Assembly: GCA_963790935.1 (NCBI GenBank)
Contig: CAWBRJ010000001.1
Location: 69,313 to 133,312, forward strand
Direction of reading: 5' to 3'
Length of the DNA: 64,000 nucleotides
Source of the DNA: an uncultured Acidobacteriaceae bacterium
GTDB lineage: Bacteria > Acidobacteriota > Terriglobia > Terriglobales > Acidobacteriaceae
In this document: one piece after another, positions 1 to 10,084 of the stretch
Numbering within the stretch: position 1 is the stretch's first letter
Layout of the letters: each line of letters begins with the position of its first letter
Notes under the pieces: generated by a model
Told to the model about the DNA's origin: nothing
What the model saw: the letters and a program-made list of their open reading frames with translations, nothing else
The model's database searches: none
Made by a program: the position numbers and the translations under genes

Positions 1-813
1 CACGCCTTTCGGGTCACTCAAGTAGAGAACGGGGTCGCCCGAAGAACGCATTGCGACGCCCGCATACTCGGAGGAAAGGAATCCGCTGCTCCAGAGCCTC
101 GAGGAAACGGGCTGGTTGTTTTCTTTTGCATTCACCTTGCTCAGCAGCACCACGAAAGTCGGCAGGTTGTCGTTCATACTGCCCAGACCGTAAGAAAGCC
201 AGGCGCCGAGGCAAGGTTTCCCGGCATTCATGTTGCCTGTATTCAGCAGCATGATGGCCGGCTCGTGATTGATCGCTTCTGTATTGGTCGACTTGATGAT
301 CGTAAGGTCATCGACCATGCGCGCGGTGTAGGGCAGCAGATCGCTCACCCACGTACCGGTCTTGCCATACTGCTTGAACGCCCAGTGTGAAGGTGCAATC
401 GGAAAGCGGGCCTGGCCGGCGGTCATTCCAGTCAACTGCTGTGCGCCGCGGACTGAGTCAGGAACATCCTTGTCGTAGAGCTGGGCCAGATTTGGTTTGT
501 AGTCCAGCAGATCCATCTGCGGCGGACCACCGGACATGAAAAGGTAGATTGCGCGCTTGGCTTTGGGAGCGAAGTGGGGCAGCCTGAGACTCTGCGCGGA
601 CGGCACAACATTTGCGGCGTGGGCGTCACCGGTGAGCATCCGCTCGCCGCCCAGGCTTGCCAGTGCTGCCCATCCCAGCACCTTTCCAGCCCGGCCTAAA
701 AAATGCCGCCGAGTCTCGAGCTCTGCCCACTCCGCCTTCAGGCATTCCGCAATTGGAAGGTCCATGATGGTCGGGCCATGATCGGGGTCTGTGCAAAGCG
801 GATGTTGCTTCAC
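1..813 (-). CDS. DUF1501 domain-containing protein (sulfatase-fold, Tat-exported); N-terminal 271 codons, C-terminus lies left of the window
   Basis: Absent from the ORF track because it runs off the edge. My minus-strand translation from GTG at 811-813 (GGAGAA just upstream) is open to position 1: VKQHPLCTDPDHGPTIMDLPIAECLKAEWAELETRRHFLGRAGKVLGWAALASLGG..KRAIYLFMSGGPPQMDLLDYKP..IIKSTNTEAINHEPAIMLLNTG..FVVLLS. It has a twin-arginine motif. It sits directly downstream of the PSCyt/DUF1553 gene, its usual partner. Confidence 0.85.
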   Translation of the reverse strand, partial: MKQHPLCTDPDHGPTIMDLPIAECLKAEWAELETRRHFLGRAGKVLGWAALASLGGERMLTGDAHAANVVPSAQSLRLPHFAPKAKRAIYLFMSGGPPQMDLLDYKPNLAQLYDKDVPDSVRGAQQLTGMTAGQARFPIAPSHWAFKQYGKTGTWVSDLLPYTARMVDDLTIIKSTNTEAINHEPAIMLLNTGNMNAGKPCLGAWLSYGLGSMNDNLPTFVVLLSKVNAKENNQPVSSRLWSSGFLSSEYAGVAMRSSGDPVLYLSDPKGV

Positions 814-826
814 GGCGTTTCTCCTG

Positions 827-3800
827 TTACTTGTTCAACGTCTCATCAAGGTTCAACACTTCGCTGACCACCATGGTCCAGGCGGCGAGTTCAGGCGGCG
901 GAATTGCCGGGTCGTGAGGCCTTTCTCCGACCTCAATCAGATCGTGCGCGGCTTTTGGATCAGCCGCGTAGTGTTCCTGCATCTGAGTCAATGACTGTTC
1001 GAGCACCGAGGCCATCTGCGGGGAAGGGTCATGGGAAAGCACGAGCTCGCTCAGATATTGGATTCGCTGTTCCGGCTGCTTTCCGGCCTGCCTGATCAAT
1101 CGCTCAGCAAGCGCGCGCGACGCCTCCACCCATTGAGGATCATTCATGGTTACCAATGCCTGTAACGGAGTGTCGGTTCGCTGCCGGCGGGTGCAAGCCG
1201 TGTCCCGCGTGGGGGCATCGAAGGCATCCATATCCGGTGGCATCGCCATTCGCTTCCAGTAGGTATAGAGACTGCGCCGGTAGAGCGCCTCCCCATGGTC
1301 CTGCTTATATTTGGTGGTATCACTCGTAGGGTAACCGACGGACTCCCACACGTTGGGAGGTTGATAGGTTTTCACGCTCGGGCCGCCGATCTTGTTTACC
1401 AGCAATCCGCTGGACTGGAGGGCGATGTCGCGGAGCATTTCGGCGTCCATGCGGAACCGCGGGCCATGCGCCAGCAGAAGGTTCTTTGGATCGCGCGTCA
1501 ACTGTTCGGGCGTTGATTTCACACCTTGCCGGTAAGTAGCGGACATGACCATGAGCTTGTACATATGCTTCATGTCCCAGCCGCTCTCGCGAAATTCTAC
1601 TGCCAGCCAATCGAGCAGCTGAGGATGCGAGGGCCGCTGGCCCATGATCCCGAAATCTTCGGTGGTCTCTACCAACCCGGCGCCGAAGAGTTCATTCCAC
1701 ATACGATTGACAGTGACCCGCGCGGTCAGTGGATTCTCGGGGCTCACTGTCCATTCGGCAAGGGCCAGGCGATTGTGGGGGCGCCCGGCCGGCAAGGGCG
1801 GAAGGAAATGCGGTGTGTTGGCCTCCACTCTTTCCTTGCGCGCGGTGTAAATACCGCGGGTCAGCACGTCAGCATAAGCCACTGACGGTTTTTCTTGTGC
1901 CACCAGCGAGACATCGCCGCCCTTGGAGAGCTTGTCCAATTCGGCGTCCAGTTGCTGCGTCTGGCTGCGCAGGGCTTTAGCGGTTTCATCCACGTTGGCG
2001 AAATAAAATTCGGTCACCGCGTGCCATTGATCCCGATCCCACCGGTCCACTGGCTTGCTGGTGATTTCAGAGACGTAGTCTTCAAATGGCAGTCGCTTTG
2101 CTTCCTCCGCGGTTAATAATCGCGAGTAAAGGCGAAGATCCTGGTAGCGCGTATCGCGGGCCGGCTGCTCATCAGGCGCCCGCCGCCCCAATTGCAAAGG
2201 AGCGGATGTACGCATCGTGTTGCGCGCCAGTGTGTCGGAAATGACTTTGGTAGCGACCGGCTCTCCGTTCACGTAAATCCTGACGCCTGCTGCTCTGCCA
2301 GATCCGTCGTACGTAAAGAAGAGATGATCCCACTGACCATTCGTAGGCAGCGGCGTGACCGTCGAAACCTTGATCGCCCGCATCGGCGTAAGATCCTTGG
2401 GCGTTGCGACCTTCGGCGGTTCGACTTTGGGCTTCTTGTCCTTTGGAGCGCCTTTCTTCGGCTTTTCCGGAGCAGGTTGTTCCTTTGGTGATTGGTCGAC
2501 CAGTTCCACCCGAACCGTGCCGTTCTCCGCAGCCAGGTCCCAGCCTCGATCATGCTGGGTTGCATCCATCTTGGAGATCAGTGCGCCTGCGACTTTCGAT
2601 GATGTGAAGTTCGGCGCTGAGCGCAACATGAACCAACCGCCGCTGGAAAAAGGTTGGTTCCACTCAAAATCACCGATCTGTCCCAACTCAATCCGCGTGC
2701 TGGTGTCCATGCGCATATCCGGCCACAGCCAGGTGGTTTCGCCCCATTGGGGCTTGAACTTTCCAATGGCAAAACTCTTTGGATTGGCCTGCGGCGCGCT
2801 GTTTTTGAGCTGTTCCCCGCCGCCTTCATCGAGACACAGCCGAAGCAGCAGCTTATCTGTCGAAACCGGCTGCGCCGGGCTCTGCTTTGACATCAGCCAA
2901 TGCTCCACCAGCGACCGATCCTGTAGCCGAAGGGCATTCTCTTGCTTGAGGAGTTGCGCTCGCTTGGCCAGGACCAGGTTGTACGCTTCCAGATTCTGCG
3001 GCTTCGGAATCTGAACCACGGGCGCCCAATTCGGCTTATCGCCGTTGAAGGGCTGCTCGTTGATGTTGTTGAAAAAGGCGCTTAGCTGGTAGAAGTCCTT
3101 TTGCGTTGTGGGATCGTACTTGTGGTCGTGGCAGACGGCGCAGCCAACCGTGAGACCCAGAAATGCGGCCCCGTACGCCTCTGTCCGTTCGCGTGCGATG
3201 TTGACCCGTAACTCTTCGGGAATGGTGCCGCCCTCGTTGCTGCTCACGCCAGAGCGGACATATCCGCTGGCAACGATCTGGTCGAGATTGCTCGGGGGCA
3301 ACAAGTCACCGGCTATTTGCTCTTTGGCAAACTGGTCGAATGGCTTGTTGGTGTTGAATGATTTGATCAGATAATCGCGATAGGCCCAAATGTAACGGTT
3401 GTTGTCGTAGTGCAACCCATACGTGTCCGCATAGCGTGCGTAATCGAGCCAGTAACGTGCCCGCTGTTCGCCAAAAGCCGGACTGGCCAGCAACCGGTCC
3501 ACTAGGTTCTCATAGGCTTGTGGCGAGGAATCCTGGACAAAATTGTTCACTTCCTGGGGTGTGGGCAGCAATCCCGTGAGGTCAAGCGTGACGCGACGGA
3601 TCAGGATGCGTTTGTCGGCCTCCGGAGAGGGACGCAACCCCTCCTTATTGAGCCGCTCAAGGACAAACGCGTCAACCGGGTTTTTGGCCCAGCCTGTGGC
3701 CTGGGCAATGGGAACCGCGAGGGGAACTGCGGGCCGAACCGGCCTTTCAAACGCCCAGTGCGGTCTGTAGTGCGCCCCCTCTGCCACCCACTGCCTGAGC

Positions 3801-4174
3801 ACCGCTACTTCCTCGGGCTTCATCGGCTTGGCTTCACCCTGGGCCGACTGCGGCATCAGGTAATGAGGATCCTTCGATTCAATCCGCCGGATCAATTCGC
3901 TCGAATCCGGATGCCCGGGCACGATCGCGTCGGGCTTCCCGGGACGCTTCCGGAAGGCAGACTCTTCCAGGTCGAGCCGCAGGTTGGCCTTGCGCATTTC
4001 GGGATCGGGACCATGGCAACTGAAGCAGTTGCTGGCCAGGATTGGCTGCACATCCTGATTAAAATCAAGATGTTCCCGGGCCTGAGACGCGTTGGGATGA
4101 TTGCGGCTGCAGCCCGCGGCTATTGCCAACAGGGCCGCCGCTATCACCGCAGATGGCAGTAACTTCGGGGCCAA
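827..4174 (-). CDS. PSCyt1 (planctomycete cytochrome c) / PSCyt2 (DUF1549) / DUF1553 multidomain protein, lipoprotein-type signal
   Basis: 1115-aa ORF. TTG start with GGAGA upstream. Signal LLAIAAGC. Haem motif CFSCHGPD near the N-terminus. DUF1549-like NPVDAFVLERLNKEGLRPSPEADKRILIRRVTLDLTGLLPT. C-terminal DUF1553-like FDAPTRDTCTRRQRTDTPLQALVTMND. Confidence 0.9.
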   Translation of the reverse strand: MAPKLLPSAVIAAALLAIAAGCSRNHPNASQAREHLDFNQDVQPILASNCFSCHGPDPEMRKANLRLDLEESAFRKRPGKPDAIVPGHPDSSELIRRIESKDPHYLMPQSAQGEAKPMKPEEVAVLRQWVAEGAHYRPHWAFERPVRPAVPLAVPIAQATGWAKNPVDAFVLERLNKEGLRPSPEADKRILIRRVTLDLTGLLPTPQEVNNFVQDSSPQAYENLVDRLLASPAFGEQRARYWLDYARYADTYGLHYDNNRYIWAYRDYLIKSFNTNKPFDQFAKEQIAGDLLPPSNLDQIVASGYVRSGVSSNEGGTIPEELRVNIARERTEAYGAAFLGLTVGCAVCHDHKYDPTTQKDFYQLSAFFNNINEQPFNGDKPNWAPVVQIPKPQNLEAYNLVLAKRAQLLKQENALRLQDRSLVEHWLMSKQSPAQPVSTDKLLLRLCLDEGGGEQLKNSAPQANPKSFAIGKFKPQWGETTWLWPDMRMDTSTRIELGQIGDFEWNQPFSSGGWFMLRSAPNFTSSKVAGALISKMDATQHDRGWDLAAENGTVRVELVDQSPKEQPAPEKPKKGAPKDKKPKVEPPKVATPKDLTPMRAIKVSTVTPLPTNGQWDHLFFTYDGSGRAAGVRIYVNGEPVATKVISDTLARNTMRTSAPLQLGRRAPDEQPARDTRYQDLRLYSRLLTAEEAKRLPFEDYVSEITSKPVDRWDRDQWHAVTEFYFANVDETAKALRSQTQQLDAELDKLSKGGDVSLVAQEKPSVAYADVLTRGIYTARKERVEANTPHFLPPLPAGRPHNRLALAEWTVSPENPLTARVTVNRMWNELFGAGLVETTEDFGIMGQRPSHPQLLDWLAVEFRESGWDMKHMYKLMVMSATYRQGVKSTPEQLTRDPKNLLLAHGPRFRMDAEMLRDIALQSSGLLVNKIGGPSVKTYQPPNVWESVGYPTSDTTKYKQDHGEALYRRSLYTYWKRMAMPPDMDAFDAPTRDTACTRRQRTDTPLQALVTMNDPQWVEASRALAERLIRQAGKQPEQRIQYLSELVLSHDPSPQMASVLEQSLTQMQEHYAADPKAAHDLIEVGERPHDPAIPPPELAAWTMVVSEVLNLDETLNK

Positions 4175-4356
4175 GGAACAGGTCTCCGTACAACCGGCGA
4201 CCGAAAGAGGTCTGATGGCTAACGCTAGTCTCGGCTCCTGACCCCTGTCAACGCAGCTCTGGTAACTCTTTGATATTAGTTACTTTGTCCCATGCTTTTG
4301 GCGCATACAGGCCAAACGCGGGTATATTGTTGTGGTGTCGAATAAAAGGGTGAACT

Positions 4357-5676
4357 ATGGTCAATCGTCGTGAGTTTCTCGATGCACTTGCTGTGGGGGC
4401 GGCGGGGTTGGCAATCCGCGCCAACGCCAAAAGCTATGGCCAGATTCTCGGTTCCAACAAGCGCCTGAATTTTGCCGTAATCGGGCTGAACAGCCGCGGT
4501 TATGCCCACCTCTCTGCGTTGCAGGCGAACAAACAAAGCGCCTGTATTTCGTATGTCTGCGATGTGGACAGCAACACGATGGATAAATTTGCTGCCACCA
4601 CCAAGGAGGCGATGGGGTCTGCTCCTGCGACGGAAAAGGACTTTCGCAAGATCCTGGAGAAGAAGGATGTGGACGCCATCAGCATCGCCAGCCCTGACCA
4701 CTGGCACACGCCCATGGCCATCGCCGGTCTCCAGGCCGGTAAGCATGTTTATGTGGAGAAGCCATGCAGTCATAACCCGGCTGAAGGGGCTCTGCTGGTG
4801 GAGGCGCAAAAGAAGTATGGCAAGGTGGTGCAGATGGGCACCCAGCAACGCTCATCGCCTCACACCATCGAGATCGTGGGGAAAATTCATGGTGGGCTGA
4901 TTGGCCGGGCCTACTACGCCAAGGCCTGGTACTCGAACACCCGCAAGTCGATTGGGTTTGGCAAACCGGCGCCTGTACCACCCCAACTTGATTGGGACTT
5001 GTGGCAGGGACCGGCGCCGCGCAGGCCTTATACGGATAATATCCAGCCTTATAACTGGCACTGGTTCCGGACCTACGGCACCGGCGAGGCGCTTAACAAT
5101 GGAACCCACGAAGTGGATGTTTGCCGCTGGGCACTGGACGTCGATTATCCCCAGCGGGTTACCGCGACTGGAGGTAGATACCAGTTCAAAGACGACTGGC
5201 AGTTCTACGACACCCTGGTGACCAGCTTCGATTACTCAGACAAAATGATCTCGTGGGAAGGTAAGAGCTGCCAGGGAATGAAGTTCTACAATCGCGATCG
5301 CGGCGCGGCGATTATGGGGACCACAGGAACGGTGGTAATGGATCGCGATGGCTACGAAATCTACGACCTCAACGGAAAGAAGACTGACGAATTCAAAACC
5401 GGCAAGATGACCTCTTCGTCTGATCTGCGTGGCGCGGACACAATGACCGATGCCCACTTCGCAAACTTCATCGCCGGCATCTGCAGTGGAGAAAAACTGA
5501 ACGCTCCGATTGCCGTTGGCAATGTATCCGTGACCACGCTGCAACTTTCCAACATCGCCTGGGAAGTAAACCGCGAACTCAAGATCGATACGAAGGATGG
5601 AAAGGTGGAGGGAGACGCCGAGGCCATGAAGATGTGGGGCCGTGAATACGAGAAGGGCTGGGCCCCACACCTATGA
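4357..5676 (+). CDS. Gfo/Idh/MocA family oxidoreductase, Tat signal
   Basis: 439 aa. MVNRREFLDALAVGAAGLAIRANA twin-arginine leader. Rossmann N-terminus LNFAVIGLNSRGYAHL. YVEKP motif. Confidence 0.9.
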   Translation: MVNRREFLDALAVGAAGLAIRANAKSYGQILGSNKRLNFAVIGLNSRGYAHLSALQANKQSACISYVCDVDSNTMDKFAATTKEAMGSAPATEKDFRKILEKKDVDAISIASPDHWHTPMAIAGLQAGKHVYVEKPCSHNPAEGALLVEAQKKYGKVVQMGTQQRSSPHTIEIVGKIHGGLIGRAYYAKAWYSNTRKSIGFGKPAPVPPQLDWDLWQGPAPRRPYTDNIQPYNWHWFRTYGTGEALNNGTHEVDVCRWALDVDYPQRVTATGGRYQFKDDWQFYDTLVTSFDYSDKMISWEGKSCQGMKFYNRDRGAAIMGTTGTVVMDRDGYEIYDLNGKKTDEFKTGKMTSSSDLRGADTMTDAHFANFIAGICSGEKLNAPIAVGNVSVTTLQLSNIAWEVNRELKIDTKDGKVEGDAEAMKMWGREYEKGWAPHL

Positions 5677-6533
5677 AGATCCTATCCCGTCGCGATTTTG
5701 TTCGAACCGGCGCTCTAGCCGCGGCTGCCGGTGCCACCTCAGCCAGGGTGCACGCAGCGCCACCTGCTGAGACAGCATCTCCGATCCGCCTGGGCTTGGC
5801 CAGCTACACCTTCCGCAATTTCGACCGCGCCCAGTTGATCGGCTTTATGAAGCAGCTCAATCTTTCCGAGCTGAATGCCAAAGATGTCAAGGATCATCTC
5901 CCGATGGATCCCACGGAGGAGGCGAAAGCGGTCGAGGACTACCATGCAGCCGGCATACAACTGCACGCGGCCGGCGCCATCTATTTCCCCAAAGACGACG
6001 ATGCGGACATTCGCAGCAAGTTTGAATACTGCAAACGAGCTGCGATCCCGGTCATCGTCGCAGGAGATCCGGCGCCGGATCTTCTACCCCGCATTGAAAA
6101 GTTCGTGAAGGAATATGACATACGCTTCGCCATCCATAACCACGGGCCGGAAGATAAGATCTGGCATTCCCCGCTTGACGTCTTGAAGGCAGTCTCCAAT
6201 ATGGATCCGCGTATGGGGTGCTGCATTGATGTGGGGCACACGGTGCGTGCCGGCACTGATGTGGTTGAGGCCATCAAGCAAGTGGGTCCGCGTCTGTTCA
6301 ACATGCACATGAAGGACCTGACGAGTTTTGATTCCAAAGAGAGCCAGGTCGCCGTCGGGGATGGCAAAATGCCGGTTCGACAAATTTTTGAGACGTTGAT
6401 TGCGACGAAGTACAAGGGCTTCGTAGATTTGGAATACGAAGTTCACGCCGACGATCCAATGCCAGGGGTAACCAGCAGTTTCGCCTACATGCGCCGCGTT
6501 CTGGCCGGCATGGGCTATTCCACACACAGCTGA
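5673..6533 (+). CDS. Sugar phosphate isomerase/epimerase (xylose-isomerase-like TIM barrel), Tat signal
   Basis: 286 aa. ATGA overlap with the upstream oxidoreductase. SRRDFVRTGALAAAAGA leader. FAIHNHG and DLEYE metal-site-like motifs typical of the AP-endonuclease-2/TIM-barrel family. Confidence 0.8.
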   Translation: MKILSRRDFVRTGALAAAAGATSARVHAAPPAETASPIRLGLASYTFRNFDRAQLIGFMKQLNLSELNAKDVKDHLPMDPTEEAKAVEDYHAAGIQLHAAGAIYFPKDDDADIRSKFEYCKRAAIPVIVAGDPAPDLLPRIEKFVKEYDIRFAIHNHGPEDKIWHSPLDVLKAVSNMDPRMGCCIDVGHTVRAGTDVVEAIKQVGPRLFNMHMKDLTSFDSKESQVAVGDGKMPVRQIFETLIATKYKGFVDLEYEVHADDPMPGVTSSFAYMRRVLAGMGYSTHS

Positions 6534-6573
6534 ACAGGATGCGGAAGAAGTTGGAGAGGTCGACTGAGTATTG

Positions 6574-6617
6574 AGTGGGTGGCCCAGGTCTCGCTTTTGA
6601 GACCTGGGCCACCCACT
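6574..6617. terminator. Perfect 19-bp-stem hairpin between convergent genes (probable bidirectional terminator / REP-type element)
   Basis: agtgggtggcccaggtctc (6574-6592), loop gctttt, gagacctgggccacccact (6599-6617), followed by a T-rich stretch tatttatt. It lies between the stops at 6533 (+) and 6637 (-). The right arm recurs at 21983-22001. Confidence 0.55.
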
Positions 6618-6636
6618 TATTTATTCGTACGCGCCA

Positions 6637-7365
6637 TCACTGGAAAGACGGCATCATGTGCAGTTCCGGAATCGCAGCCCGTGGCGGCAGTTTGGCGACG
6701 TACAAAATCGTCTCCGCAACATCCTCCGGCTGCAAAGCCTTTGCCAAGGTCTCGGGGTCCGGCTTCACCGGCCTTTGTTCCAATAGTTCTGTATCGACAA
6801 GGCCCGGGCAGATGACCGACGTTCTGATGTTATTTTGCTTTTCTTCCATGCGGATCGCATGAGCCATGCCGAGCATGCCGCGCTTGGACGCCTGGTAAGC
6901 GGCACCAGAAACGTCTGTGATCACTCCGCTGATCGACGAGATGTAAATCAGATGGCCCGCACCAGCACTGCGCATGGAGGGCAGAACCGCATGCGTGGCA
7001 TAGAAGGCTCCATTCAGATTGACCTCAATCACTGAATTCCATAACTCGGGCGTCAGGCGGTCCATTGCCCGATCGCGGATATTGGTGCCGGTGGCAAACA
7101 CGAGGACATCGATTTTTCCAAATTGTCGAAGTGTGTCCTGGGCAAGCTGCTGCATGTCGCTGGGCTTCGACGCATCGCCAGTCCGAACCGTAATTTCCCG
7201 TTGCTCTCCCGCCAGATGCTGTTTAAGAGTTTGTAACCGATCCGCGCGGCGCGCGGCTGCGACCACCTTCGCGCCATCTCGTGCGAACAGCACAGCGGCC
7301 GCGCGGCCAATCCCACTGGAAGCCCCAACGATCACGACCACCTGGCCGTTTAAAGAAGTAAGCAT
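6637..7365 (-). CDS. SDR family oxidoreductase
   Basis: ORF track 6637..7377 has a GTG start. I prefer the in-frame ATG at 7365 (MLTSLNGQVVVIVGASSGIGRAAA). Has the TGxxxGxG-type cofactor motif and the catalytic YQASK. Confidence 0.85.
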   Translation of the reverse strand: MLTSLNGQVVVIVGASSGIGRAAAVLFARDGAKVVAAARRADRLQTLKQHLAGEQREITVRTGDASKPSDMQQLAQDTLRQFGKIDVLVFATGTNIRDRAMDRLTPELWNSVIEVNLNGAFYATHAVLPSMRSAGAGHLIYISSISGVITDVSGAAYQASKRGMLGMAHAIRMEEKQNNIRTSVICPGLVDTELLEQRPVKPDPETLAKALQPEDVAETILYVAKLPPRAAIPELHMMPSFQ

Positions 7366-7463
7366 TCTGTACCCCACTCGAATAGTGATCCTAGCATGCA
7401 GCGAATTGCGTCTTAGATCTACGACCTAGCAGGCTCTTTGCAAAATCATTCGCGTTTTCCTCT

Positions 7464-8900
7464 TCACACGTAGAGATCGACATACTCGTGTACTGGCATG
7501 CGTTCAAGCTGCTGCTGGTTGAGCGAGACGTCGAGTATGGTCTGCTGCTTTTGCGGCGTAAACCGGCGCGCGAGGTTGGTGCGGAATTTCGCTTCCAATA
7601 ACGGGATGCCCTCGGCTCTGCGCCGGCGATGGCCCAGTGGATACTCGACAGTCTCGGTCAAACTGCTGCCATCACGGAAAGAAATTATGAGTGAATTGGC
7701 GATCGAACGTTTCTCCGGATCATGGTAGTCGGCGGTGAAGGCCGGCTCTTCGCTGCAGACCATCTTTTCCCGCAACTGGTCAATGCGCGGGTCCGCGGCA
7801 AATGAGTCCTCGTAATCAGAAGCGGTCAAATGGCCAAATAGCAAAGGGACGGCAACCATGTATTGAACGCAGTGGTCGCGGTCGGCAGGATTATTGAGCG
7901 GTCCCTTCTTGTCGATAATGCGGAGACAAGCCTCGTGGGTGCGCAGTTGGATGGAGCTGATTTCTTCTGGCGACTTACCCTCAGCAAGCAGCCTGGCGCG
8001 CAGTGTCATCGCGGCTTCGACCGCGGTCTGTGCATGGAACTCCGCCGGAAAGCTGATCTTGAATAAAACGTTCTCCATCACATAAGAGCCATACGGGCGC
8101 TGAAAACTAAACGGCCGCCCACGAAAGAGAACGTCGTAAAATCCCCACACCTTGGCGGTAAGCACGGAGGGATAGCCCATCTCTCCAGCCTGCACCATCA
8201 ACGCGAGACGAACGGCCCGGCTGGTGGCATCGCCGGCTGCCCAGCTCTTGCGCGAACCTGTGTTGGGCGCGTGGCGATAGGTCCGCAGACTTTGCCCATC
8301 TACCCACGCCAGCGACAGCGCATCCAGGATCTGATCGCGGGTCAGGCCAAGCATCTGCGCGGCCACCGCCGTCGATGCGACCTTCACCAGCACAACGTGA
8401 TCGAGGCCAACTTTGTTGAAGGAGTTCTCGAGGGCCAGGCAGCCCTGAATCTCGTGCGCCTTGATCATCGCCGTCAACACCTGCCGCATAGTGATCGGGG
8501 TTTGCGGGTTGGAGCGGGAAAGCCAATCGGCAACGGCAAGAATGCCGCCTAAATTGTCAGAGGGGTGGCCCCACTCGGCGGCAAGCCAGGTGTCGTTAAA
8601 GTCAAGCCAGCGAATCATGGCGCCGATGTTGAACGCAGCCTGAACCGGGTCTAGTTGAAAATCCGTACCGGGCACCCTGGCGCCGTTAGGGACGATCGTT
8701 CCGGGAACGATGGGGCCCAGCAGCTTGGTGCAGGCAGGATACTCAAGCGCCTCCAGCCCGCAACCAAGTGTGTCGATGAGGCAATTGCGCGCCGTGGTGT
8801 ACGCCAGTTCGCTCGCGATGGTGTAGCTGTAGACGTAATCGGCAATGTCGATTAAAACCTGGTCATAGGGTGGGCGTTCCCCACTTACGTGAATGGACAT
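7464..8900 (-). CDS. prpD: 2-methylcitrate dehydratase (MmgE/PrpD family)
   Basis: 478 aa, full-length PrpD-like sequence. Last gene of the prpB-prpC-prpD run on the minus strand. Confidence 0.9.
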   Translation of the reverse strand: MSIHVSGERPPYDQVLIDIADYVYSYTIASELAYTTARNCLIDTLGCGLEALEYPACTKLLGPIVPGTIVPNGARVPGTDFQLDPVQAAFNIGAMIRWLDFNDTWLAAEWGHPSDNLGGILAVADWLSRSNPQTPITMRQVLTAMIKAHEIQGCLALENSFNKVGLDHVVLVKVASTAVAAQMLGLTRDQILDALSLAWVDGQSLRTYRHAPNTGSRKSWAAGDATSRAVRLALMVQAGEMGYPSVLTAKVWGFYDVLFRGRPFSFQRPYGSYVMENVLFKISFPAEFHAQTAVEAAMTLRARLLAEGKSPEEISSIQLRTHEACLRIIDKKGPLNNPADRDHCVQYMVAVPLLFGHLTASDYEDSFAADPRIDQLREKMVCSEEPAFTADYHDPEKRSIANSLIISFRDGSSLTETVEYPLGHRRRRAEGIPLLEAKFRTNLARRFTPQKQQTILDVSLNQQQLERMPVHEYVDLYV

Positions 8901-8905
8901 GCGGT

Positions 8906-10069
8906 CTAGGGTCTCTCAGAGAGGGGCACAAAAGGAAGGTCTTCAGGCCCGGTGTAAGTGGCAGAGGGGCGAATGATCTTGCCATCGGCGCGCTGCTCGA
9001 GGATGTGGGCGCTCCAACCGGAAGTGCGGGCCAGAACGAAAAGCGGGGTGAACATTGCCGTGGGAATTCCCATCAGGTAATACGAAACAGCGCTGAACCA
9101 GTCAAGGTTGGGGAACATGCGCTTGGTTTCCCACATAACCGTTTCCAGACGCTCGGCGATGCGGTACATGGCGAAATCGCCGCTGGCTTCCGCCAGATCG
9201 TGTGAGACCTTCTTGATGATGGCATTGCGCGGATCGCTGACGGTGTAAACCGGATGACCGAAGCCGATGACTACTTCTTTCTTTTCGAGGCGCGCGCGAA
9301 TATCTCTCTCCGCCGCATCGGGGGAGGGGTAGCGCTGCTGAATCTCGAGCGCCACTTCATTGGCGCCGCCGTGCTTCGGTCCGCGCAGTGCTCCGATCGC
9401 CCCGGTAATGCAGGAGTAAATGTCCGAGCCCGTGCCGGCGATTACCCGGGCAGTGAAGGTAGAGGCGTTAAACTCATGCTCGGCATAGAGAACGAGCGAA
9501 ACCTGCATGGCGCGAACCCATTCCTTGCTGGGCGGCTCGCCGTGGAGCAGCGCAAGAAAGTGCCCGGCGAGCGTGTCCTCTCCCGAGTCCACGTCAATGC
9601 TTTGTCCGTTGCGGCTGTAGTGGTGCCAGTAAAGGAGCATCGAACCGATGGTCGCCAGCAGCACATCGGCGCACTCGATCGCTCCCGCCGGGCTATGGTC
9701 ATCTTTTTCCGGCAACACGCAGCCCAGCGCAGAGACTCCGGTGCGCAGCACGTCCATGGGGTGGGTCGCAGCGGGCAACTGTTCCAGTACCTCATACACG
9801 TTGGCGGGCAAACCGCGCAGACGAGCCAGCTTCTGCTTGTAGGCGGCGAGTTCCATGGTGTTGGGGAGCTTGCCTCTTAACAAGAGGTACGCAACTTCTT
9901 CAAACTCGCAGTGAGCGGCCAGATCGGCAATGTCGTAGCCGCGATAGTGCAGGTCGTTCCCGGTACGGCCCACGGTACAGAGGGCGGTATTGCCGGCAGG
10001 CGTTCCGGAGAGGGCAACAGATTTTTTTGGTTTGAATGCTGCTGGCTGCGGATCCGTCGTCGTGGCCAT
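8906..10069 (-). CDS. prpC: 2-methylcitrate synthase (citrate synthase family)
   Basis: 387 aa. [29 protein letters not shown] and [13 protein letters not shown] citrate-synthase motifs. Sits between prpB and prpD. Confidence 0.9.
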   Translation of the reverse strand: MATTTDPQPAAFKPKKSVALSGTPAGNTALCTVGRTGNDLHYRGYDIADLAAHCEFEEVAYLLLRGKLPNTMELAAYKQKLARLRGLPANVYEVLEQLPAATHPMDVLRTGVSALGCVLPEKDDHSPAGAIECADVLLATIGSMLLYWHHYSRNGQSIDVDSGEDTLAGHFLALLHGEPPSKEWVRAMQVSLVLYAEHEFNASTFTARVIAGTGSDIYSCITGAIGALRGPKHGGANEVALEIQQRYPSPDAAERDIRARLEKKEVVIGFGHPVYTVSDPRNAIIKKVSHDLAEASGDFAMYRIAERLETVMWETKRMFPNLDWFSAVSYYLMGIPTAMFTPLFVLARTSGWSAHILEQRADGKIIRPSATYTGPEDLPFVPLSERP

Positions 10070-10084
10070 GATATTCTCCCAAAG

